Positions 25,577 to 32,000 of a stretch of 32,000 bases of DNA are shown piece by piece; position 1 is the stretch's first letter, and each line of letters opens with the position of its first letter. The position numbers and the translations under genes are program-made. The stretch covers positions 1,140,001 through 1,172,000 of the forward strand of contig CP006868.1 of NCBI GenBank assembly GCA_025340205.1, given 5' to 3'. The stretch comes from Ignicoccus pacificus DSM 13166. Lineage in GTDB: Archaea; Thermoproteota; Thermoprotei_A; Sulfolobales; Ignicoccaceae. Below the pieces are notes generated by a model. It saw only the letters and a program-made list of their open reading frames with translations, searched no databases and was not told the origin of the DNA.

Positions 25577-26430
25577 GAATAAGGGTGGAGAGCGACGAGA
25601 TAAGGGCTTCCTTAGAGCTCGACCAAGTGAACGTGATCTATGGCCCTCCTTCCTCCGGCAAGACTACCCTCCTGAAGACCTTGTACCTAGCGCTTTCAAT
25701 GAAATATTCCGGGTGCTTGAAGCACAGAACAACGGCTATACTGCTCTCTCATTTAGTAGAGGGGATAAAGCACGATAAGTGTGAGCAAGGACAACTGATA
25801 AAGTGCGAGTTCGAGGTGCCGATAGATCTGATCAAGAACGCTGTAGACTCTACCTTAGCCTCCCTCTTCTCGCTACTTCAAGTACCTCCCGCTAACGTGT
25901 TCATAGAAGATGAGAACCCTTTGGATCTTTCTAAGAGAATAAAGGAGCTGTGCAACTTAAGGGTTAGGGTAGGCACGTTCTCTTTCATAACGATGAGGTG
26001 TGAAGGAAATAGCGTAAAGGGGACGTGGGCGTGGGACCAAAGCGAGGAGATTCCCTTCCCTCCTGATATCATAGCTGAGACCTTACTTCCCTCATCTGAG
26101 GTGGAGGTCACTTACTTGCCCTCCGGAAGGAGCGACTTAGTTAAGCTGAGGAAGGTGGAAGGCCCTCTCCACTTGAGCTGCTTTTCTGATACCTACGAGG
26201 CTGAGGGTAGCTCATTTGAAGTGGAGAGGGACGTTCTGAAACAGTCTCTTAAGCACGATTGGATACTAATAGAGAACTTCTGGGGAGATAAGTATTCCTT
26301 AGACTTACTCAAGGAATTCTTGAGGCAAGTGTTGGAGAAGGGAGCTAATGTCGTAATAGAGACGAGGGATGAGAGAGTGGTGGAAGCCGTAAGGGGAGTG
26401 GGGAGGATTCTCGAACTCCCCTTCAAATAG
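25573..26430 (+). CDS. P-loop ATPase of unknown specific family
   Basis: ATG at 25573 overlaps the upstream TGA (ATGA); 'LDQVNVIYGPPSSGKTTLLKTLYLAL' Walker A; 'HDWILIENFWG' Walker B-like; 'GANVVIETRDERVVEAV' switch-like. Confidence 0.7.
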   Translation: MRIRVESDEIRASLELDQVNVIYGPPSSGKTTLLKTLYLALSMKYSGCLKHRTTAILLSHLVEGIKHDKCEQGQLIKCEFEVPIDLIKNAVDSTLASLFSLLQVPPANVFIEDENPLDLSKRIKELCNLRVRVGTFSFITMRCEGNSVKGTWAWDQSEEIPFPPDIIAETLLPSSEVEVTYLPSGRSDLVKLRKVEGPLHLSCFSDTYEAEGSSFEVERDVLKQSLKHDWILIENFWGDKYSLDLLKEFLRQVLEKGANVVIETRDERVVEAVRGVGRILELPFK

Positions 26431-26443
26431 CTCGGAGGAGCTA

Positions 26444-27763
26444 ATGCTTTCAGCGGGCAGAGCTTTGGACCCTAAGGAGTACTATTCCAAACAAGAGGTA
26501 AGGGAGGAGATAGCGGACTTCTTGAAGAACAGGTGGGCCGCTGTAGAGGGGAGGATAGGGGAGGAGAAGCTCTTCGCCAGGTACTTGGACGGAGAACCTC
26601 TCTGGATAAGGGATCCGGAAGACGTGACCAAGGTCCTAGAGAGGTACCCTTGGGCGAGGACCTTCTATGGAACGATAAGCGTCTACGAGGACAAGCCCTT
26701 GGGAAAGCTGAAGGGAATTACCCTCTTCTGGGACCTCGACTGCGACTACGAAATAGAGCCTTGCTTGAAGGGGGCACAGCTGATCTCGGAGTTCCTTGAG
26801 AGGCACGGAGTTAAGCCTTGGGTTAAGTTCTCGGGAAGAGGTTTCCACGTGCATGTAAATGAGAACTGCTATCCTTGGGAGAGGGAGAGGGATCCGTTTG
26901 CCCTAGCTTTGCAAGTTGAAAGGTACGTGGTGAAGAGCCTTGAAAATAAGCTGAGGGAGCTGGAGCTTATGGGAATGAAGGTAGAGACCTTGGTAGATCC
27001 GGCCAGGGTCACCACCTCTCCCCTGAGCTTGCACAGGGAGCTGGACAGAGCAGCTGTAGCTATGAAGCCCGAGGCGCTCAAGGACTTTAACTTATCGTGG
27101 TCCGATCCGAACAACTTCAAGCACGACCCGGAGGCTTGGAGGACTTGCGAGGGGTCCCTAGAAGAGCTGGTTCAGAAGGCTAGGAGCTGGTCTCCTCCGA
27201 GACCCCAAAAGGCGGTGCATCCGGGGAGGTTCCCGGTGATGGCACTTCTCCAAGCGGCTAGGTATTACCTAATGACCGGAAACTTGGAGGAGGCCTTGAG
27301 CTTCGGCCTTAACAGAGCCATATTCTACGCTTGGCTCAAGTACCACTACAACCCGGGAAGGGCCAGAAGACCTAGGGGCTACAGCGAGGAGGAGCTGAGG
27401 AGGATAGAGAAGCTGACCCCGGTAGGCCCTCTCAAGGACAAGGCTCCTAGGAGCGAGGAGGGATGGTTCGAGATAGGCGGGCAAGTGCAGAGGCCGGAGG
27501 ACTTCATGAGACAAGTGGCCAAGAGGTTCGAGGAGTCCGGCATACCCTTTGATCTGGCTTGGGAGAAGGCTTTGGAGTACGTCTCCAAGTTCCCCGAGCA
27601 CGTGCTGAAGGATCCAAATCTCTTCTTCAAGTACGTCTACGAGCCAGTGAGGGACAACTTCCTGCTGGTGCTGAGGGGAGAGGCTAGGGCCAGTCTGCCG
27701 GCGATATACCAGAGGAGGGGAAGGACTTTGACCCTCGACAGGTTCTTCAAGAAAAGCAAATGA
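26444..27763 (+). CDS. Archaeo-eukaryotic primase (AEP / PriS-like) superfamily protein
   Basis: 'GITLFWDLDCDYE' (DxD), 'VKFSGRGFHVHVNENCYP' (SGRGxHxxV), 'VTTSPLSLHRELD' (SLH) motifs; GGAGG about 8 nt upstream of the ATG. Confidence 0.75.
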   Translation: MLSAGRALDPKEYYSKQEVREEIADFLKNRWAAVEGRIGEEKLFARYLDGEPLWIRDPEDVTKVLERYPWARTFYGTISVYEDKPLGKLKGITLFWDLDCDYEIEPCLKGAQLISEFLERHGVKPWVKFSGRGFHVHVNENCYPWERERDPFALALQVERYVVKSLENKLRELELMGMKVETLVDPARVTTSPLSLHRELDRAAVAMKPEALKDFNLSWSDPNNFKHDPEAWRTCEGSLEELVQKARSWSPPRPQKAVHPGRFPVMALLQAARYYLMTGNLEEALSFGLNRAIFYAWLKYHYNPGRARRPRGYSEEELRRIEKLTPVGPLKDKAPRSEEGWFEIGGQVQRPEDFMRQVAKRFEESGIPFDLAWEKALEYVSKFPEHVLKDPNLFFKYVYEPVRDNFLLVLRGEARASLPAIYQRRGRTLTLDRFFKKSK

Positions 27764-27824
27764 GAAGCGACTTTTACGTTATTAGGAATGGACTCTGAGA
27801 AGCAAGCGGGGAAAGGGGTACGCA

Positions 27825-28745
27825 GTGCTACCGCTATTCAAGAGAAAGACGTGGATCGAGGAGCCCCTCAAGGACCCCCACGTCATCGGCTTCGGATCCA
27901 CCAAGGGAGGGGCCGGGAGGACGACTATGGCAATCGAGATTGGGAGCCTCATCGCTTTCATCAGCGAGAAGAGGACGGCCATCATCGATTGGGACGTGGT
28001 CAACCCCAGGCTCACCCAAAGGGCATATAAGAGCCTTCCCATGAGGGGCCAGACCCTCGTCAAGGTAATTACCGCTAAGAACTTCGAGAGGGCCCTCAAG
28101 AACGTCTCCCTCCACGAGGTCAGCTTGAGCCAGACCTCTAGGGTCTCCGTCTTCCCCGCCCTCAGCTATGAGGACATAGATAACGGCACAGTCGATGAGT
28201 ACTTCAACATGATGTATGAGAAGCCGGAGGAGTACATTAAGAGATGCAAAACCTTAATTAAATTCTTGAGGAACAGATATGAGTACATAATAAATGACTA
28301 TCCGGCGATAACTTGGGTGGCCCTGGGTCACTTAACCCTCTCAATAAACATGCTTAGGGTCACCGCTGGAAACCTGGTAATAGTGGTGGACTCCTCCCCG
28401 TGGAGCGCCGAGCTCCTCTCCTCGAAGCTGATCCTCCCTAAGATTCAAGACTTGGACATAGGGGCTTTGGTGGTAAACATGGTGAAGCCTTCAGCAGACG
28501 CCGTTAACTGGGCGAAGAGCGTCTTCAAACCAGTCTGCGAGAGGATAAGGGCCTCTAACTTCGTGATCCTCCCCTTCGACCCCACCTTCTACGATGCTGG
28601 AATTGGAAGGTTAAAGGACGTCATAAGCGTCTCCGTGAGTCCCGTTAAGTCCTACTCTAGGAGCGCCAGGTACCTTTACCCCCTTGTGGACAGGTTTCTT
28701 AAGAATGAGAACGTACCTAAGTGTTGGTACATAGGTCCTCAGTAG
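27825..28745 (+). CDS. ParA/MinD-like SIMIBI ATPase with atypical Walker A (KGGAGRTT)
   Basis: 'VIGFGSTKGGAGRTTMAIEIGSLIAF', 'AIIDWDVVNPRLTQRAYK', 'YEYIINDYPAITW', 'NLVIVVDSSPWSAEL'. Confidence 0.8.
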   Translation: MLPLFKRKTWIEEPLKDPHVIGFGSTKGGAGRTTMAIEIGSLIAFISEKRTAIIDWDVVNPRLTQRAYKSLPMRGQTLVKVITAKNFERALKNVSLHEVSLSQTSRVSVFPALSYEDIDNGTVDEYFNMMYEKPEEYIKRCKTLIKFLRNRYEYIINDYPAITWVALGHLTLSINMLRVTAGNLVIVVDSSPWSAELLSSKLILPKIQDLDIGALVVNMVKPSADAVNWAKSVFKPVCERIRASNFVILPFDPTFYDAGIGRLKDVISVSVSPVKSYSRSARYLYPLVDRFLKNENVPKCWYIGPQ

Positions 28746-28872
28746 CTTGTAGACTCAAGGGTAAGGAGGCTCAATAAGGCTCATGAGATTAGATGAGTGG
28801 TGAGCTGGTATTATCACCGCCGACGCGGCTTCGACACCGCATCTTCCGAGTAGGAGCGGCAAGAGCAAGGCT

Positions 28873-29457
28873 TTGAGCTACAGAGCCAAGGACATTAAGG
28901 AGTACGCGCGCAACAAGCTCATAGTGTACACCTTAGCGCAACAGAGCAAGGTCAGTGACGTAAACGACCTCATTGAGATATTCAAGAGATCGAAGGACTT
29001 GAGGAACAGCTACCACGACGTAAAGCCTTGCTTGGAGGCTGGGCTGCTGAAGTACCTAGGTGTAATAGCGTCCGGAGTGGACGACGGCTTGGCAGACGAA
29101 GTGGACGGGGAGAGGAAGGCCACAGAGACCGAGTGCGCTGAGAGGAGCTCCTCTTTTTATAGAGCCAGAGAGCTGATTGCAGAGAACTTGAAGGTCTTTG
29201 AGGAGAACTTCGACGTGCTCGAAGAGGAGCTGAGGAAGATATTCAATCCCAACAACTTGGTAACCAGCATAAAGATAAGCGAGGAGGTAGTAGCCCTAAT
29301 GAACAAGGTGGCGAAGCAAGGAAATCTGAAGAGGGGGCTGAAGTCTAGGGCTCTCAAGGCTCTCTTCGACGGCCTCAGCTCTGAGGACTTCGAGAACGCC
29401 ATTGTTGAGATCGCCATGAAAGACCTTGACGAGCTCAGGAAGGCTCCCAAGAAATAG
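28873..29457 (+). CDS. Uncharacterised helical protein
   Basis: 194-aa TTG-start ORF, same strand as the ParA-like gene, no recognised family. Confidence 0.45.
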   Translation: MSYRAKDIKEYARNKLIVYTLAQQSKVSDVNDLIEIFKRSKDLRNSYHDVKPCLEAGLLKYLGVIASGVDDGLADEVDGERKATETECAERSSSFYRARELIAENLKVFEENFDVLEEELRKIFNPNNLVTSIKISEEVVALMNKVAKQGNLKRGLKSRALKALFDGLSSEDFENAIVEIAMKDLDELRKAPKK

Positions 29458-29459
29458 TT

Positions 29460-29828
29460 TTACTCCTTGTCCTTGAACTTTATCAAGTCCCACTCCTCGC
29501 CGGCTTCTATGAGCCAGCCGGCAAGTATCTGGGCCAGCCTCTTTCTGGCCTCCTCCGGGCTCTTTACCTCGTACCCGGCGTCCTTCAGCGCTTGGAGGGC
29601 CTTCTCGGGCTCTATCCTTTCCATGAACTTCTCCGTCAGCTTGTCCCAGAGCTCTCCGAGCTTCCCAGTGCTCAAGTCCTTTGCCTCCTTCACCAGCTCC
29701 TCGAAGTCCTGCCTGCTCAAGAAGGCCTTGTCGTACCACTCAGTTCCCTTCACCAGCTCTAGGTAGTATCTCAAAGGCTCGTAATCCTTTATCAGCTTCT
29801 TGGAAGCGAAGGTTGGCTTCCAGCTCAC
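29460..29828 (-). CDS. Uncharacterised helical protein, convergent with the previous gene
   Basis: 122-aa ORF 'MSWKPTFASKKLIKDYEPLRYYLELVKGTEWYDKAFL...'; 2-nt gap between the converging stops. Confidence 0.5.
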   Translation of the reverse strand: MSWKPTFASKKLIKDYEPLRYYLELVKGTEWYDKAFLSRQDFEELVKEAKDLSTGKLGELWDKLTEKFMERIEPEKALQALKDAGYEVKSPEEARKRLAQILAGWLIEAGEEWDLIKFKDKE

Positions 29829-29923
29829 TGAACTCCCCGTTCCGACGCTCCCAATAGTCTAAAAGTGGGGGAGGAAGGTCACGCTCATAACTTGAAAGCT
29901 AGGAATACCTAACGGGTGTCCCC

Positions 29924-30754
29924 TTGAGGGTAACCATACTCTCCGACGTTTACGCGGGATTAGTTCCTCATTTAGTGAAAGGACTCCTAGCGGAGTACGG
30001 TTTCTCTGCGGTAGTTCAAGATGGGGACTTCCAGATACTATTCGACGCCGGACTAACCGGAACCGTTGCCTTGAGCAACGCCGAGAAGCTCGGAATAGAG
30101 ATAAGGCCTAACTTCATCGTAGTGAGTCACGGACACTTGGACCACACCGGAGGCCTCCCGAAGGTCTTGGAAAAGGTCAAGGCTCCAGTAATAGCCCATC
30201 CGGAGGCCTTCGAGCCCAAGTTCGCCATGATAGGAGGGAAGCTCTATGAGATAGGCTTCCCCATGCCTAGGCACAAGCTGGAGGAGATGACTAGGGTAAT
30301 AGCGACGAAGTCTCCCTTGCAGATAACCGACAGGATCTTCTTCTCTGGAGAGATACCGAGGAAGTGGGGTCCGACCCACTCCGGCTTGGTTTACAAGGTC
30401 GATCCGGAGAAGGGGGTAATCCAAGACTTGGTGAAGGACGACGCTGCCTTGTACATCAAGACTCCTAAGGGCCTCTTCGTGGTGACCGGCTGCGGTCACT
30501 CGGGAGTGGAGAACATAGTGGAGTACGGATTGGAGGTAACCAAGGAAAAGAAGCTTTACGGAATTTTGGGAGGCCTCCACTTGCTGGGAGCCACCGAGGA
30601 GAGGATGATCGAGGTAGCTAAGTACTTAGCTTCCAAGAATCCCGAAATAGTAGTGCCTACCCACTGCACCGGACAGAGAGCTCAGTACCTCTTAATGAAG
30701 GAGCTCGGAGATGCCTATCGCGAGGGAGGACCGGGGGTCTCCGTCGAGCTCTGA
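29924..30754 (+). CDS. Metallo-beta-lactamase-fold hydrolase
   Basis: 'ILFDAGLTG', 'FIVVSHGHLDHTGGLPKVL' (HxHxDH), 'FVVTGCGHSGVENIV', 'GGLHLLGA', 'VVPTHCTGQRA'. Confidence 0.9.
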   Translation: MRVTILSDVYAGLVPHLVKGLLAEYGFSAVVQDGDFQILFDAGLTGTVALSNAEKLGIEIRPNFIVVSHGHLDHTGGLPKVLEKVKAPVIAHPEAFEPKFAMIGGKLYEIGFPMPRHKLEEMTRVIATKSPLQITDRIFFSGEIPRKWGPTHSGLVYKVDPEKGVIQDLVKDDAALYIKTPKGLFVVTGCGHSGVENIVEYGLEVTKEKKLYGILGGLHLLGATEERMIEVAKYLASKNPEIVVPTHCTGQRAQYLLMKELGDAYREGGPGVSVEL

Positions 30755-32000
30755 TCCCTAATTCTATCAATGAGAAATTTCTTCCTTTTGAGACAACCCT
30801 CAGCTTGCTCAGCCTGGGAACCAATATCCTGGGCCTCTCCCCCAAGTACATTCTCCAGATGTCGCTCACTACCACAGCGATCTCATCTCCCCTTCTGACC
30901 CAGAGGTAGGCGTAGGGCATCAAGAAGTACTGCTTCAAGGGAGAGCCCAGAAAGGTCACCTTGGAGGGGTCCTCCCTCGCCCACCTGGCGACCATGTTTT
31001 GAACTTCCGGGAGCTCTTCATCCCTTATCGCTAGCATTTGCTTCGAGTCCTTGAGGGGAGGGTGGACAACCTCCTTCCCCTTTATCGAGTCGAGGGGAAA
31101 GCTCAGCCTCCTCATAACCTTGGATCCCACCTCAACCACATCCTTCCCCTCAACGAGTTCACTTGAGAGAACGTTCAAGAACATCATGAGGGTTGGATCG
31201 ATCAAGACCGGAACCGCCTTTAAGTTCTCAGATCTTACCAAAGCTAACTTAATTTCAGTTATGTGGAAGAACACCTTCTTTCCCAATAGCTCCCAGTCGC
31301 CGAGCTCTACCGCTTTCTCCCAACCCTCCGGAACCCTCACAGCTTCAAACCTCCCCTCGGGGAAGGAGTACTCCCTCGCCAAGCCCTTCAGCTGGCTTAA
31401 ACTGTTTATCTTAGTAAAGAACAGCTTTACGTCTCTTCCCTTTGTATACCTTAAGACGATAGAAGTCCTCGGAGCTCCGAGCCTCTTGCAGAGCTTCTTC
31501 AAAATGTCGAGAACTTCCGAGGGCCACGTGGAGGGAGGCCACTCGGAGCAGTCCTTCACGATCTTTTCCATCTCCTTCGAGGGCACTAATTCCAGCTTTC
31601 CAAGAGTCCTCGCTATCCTTATCGAGTGATATCTAAGGATCTCCCCCTTTCCGAGCCTTCCGAACTTGTCGTTGGAGAGTATCAAGTTGAAGCCTTCCAA
31701 GTTATAGAATAAAAGCTCTATAGCCTCGTCGACCTCGTTGGATCCACTATCCCCATCAAGCTCTATAATTTCAGAAACCTTCATTTTCTCCTTTACTTCC
31801 TTCAGAAAAGGAACGCGGTTGTTCCTCTTAGAGTAAACTACTATGACCCTTCCGTACTTCCCGAGCTCTTCTAGGACTTGGAGAGCTGTTGAGGGATCCT
31901 CGATCGCGTTCAAGACGTTTGGGAGATCCACCAAGAAGTTTATCCTTACGCGCCCCCATAAGGAGATCAAGAACGAGCTCAAGGAGCTGCTAAAGCTCAC
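30657..32000 (-). CDS. NYN/PIN-like domain protein, possibly truncated at the window edge; 3' end possibly frameshifted
   Basis: 'INFLVDLPNVLNAIEDPSTALQVLEELGKYGRVIVVYS', 'SNEVDEAIELLFYN', 'NLILSNDKFGRLG' give NYN/PIN-like spaced acidic residues; last ~30 residues overlap the MBL gene antisense. Confidence 0.5.
   Translation of the reverse strand: MSFSSSLSSFLISLWGRVRINFLVDLPNVLNAIEDPSTALQVLEELGKYGRVIVVYSKRNNRVPFLKEVKEKMKVSEIIELDGDSGSNEVDEAIELLFYNLEGFNLILSNDKFGRLGKGEILRYHSIRIARTLGKLELVPSKEMEKIVKDCSEWPPSTWPSEVLDILKKLCKRLGAPRTSIVLRYTKGRDVKLFFTKINSLSQLKGLAREYSFPEGRFEAVRVPEGWEKAVELGDWELLGKKVFFHITEIKLALVRSENLKAVPVLIDPTLMMFLNVLSSELVEGKDVVEVGSKVMRRLSFPLDSIKGKEVVHPPLKDSKQMLAIRDEELPEVQNMVARWAREDPSKVTFLGSPLKQYFLMPYAYLWVRRGDEIAVVVSDIWRMYLGERPRILVPRLSKLRVVSKGRNFSLIELGIRARRRPPVLPRDRHLRAPSLRGTELSVRCSG

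Noticed and set aside
27788-28115. ORFs 27788-28030 (+), 27782-28099 (-) and 27834-28115 (-)
   Set aside because: Overlap the ParA-like gene in other frames with unnatural composition (for example RGAPQGPPRHRLRIHQGRGREDD).

Overview
The window looks like a thermophilic crenarchaeal chromosome segment. This is inferred from GTG/TTG starts, very dense packing, archaeal-type proteins, Thr-rich surface protein tails and an IS6-like element; the species was not determined. Left part (0-11 kb): Lrp/AsnC-like domain and methyltransferase fragments, then a long minus-strand set of genes: a TorD-like candidate, a formate dehydrogenase-type Mo/W oxidoreductase (TAT signal, Cys rather than Sec active site), a four-cluster Fe-S subunit, cytochrome b, FdhE-like, a 45-aa coupled mini-ORF, FdhD-like, a CBS pair, a DUF234-type ATPase and two pilin-like membrane proteins. 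Middle part (11-20.2 kb): an accessory, defence/toxin-antitoxin-like island with an ATPase plus small overlapping partner, a decaying HepT-MNT module with a mutated toxin motif, a secreted beta-propeller with a Thr-rich tail, two identical inverted 784-bp IS6-like copies (one with a clean 8-bp TSD), a convergent RelE/RelB-like pair, an unknown coiled-coil/TM protein, a frameshifted RHH protein and a frameshifted PaREP1/HEPN protein. Right part (20.2-32 kb): proS and pheS (divergent), a NodB-like secreted deacetylase, then a co-directional cassette CARF-wHTH / SLOG (LOG-like) / P-loop ATPase / archaeo-eukaryotic primase-like / ParA-like protein with a Lys-to-Arg Walker A change / unknown helical protein. 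It ends with an MBL-fold hydrolase and a convergent NYN/PIN-like protein. The most interesting candidates are the CARF-SLOG-ATPase-AEP-ParA cassette and the 11.07-12.77 kb ATPase/partner pair. No CRISPR array, tRNA or rRNA was recognised. All family assignments are from motif reading only; no database search was run.
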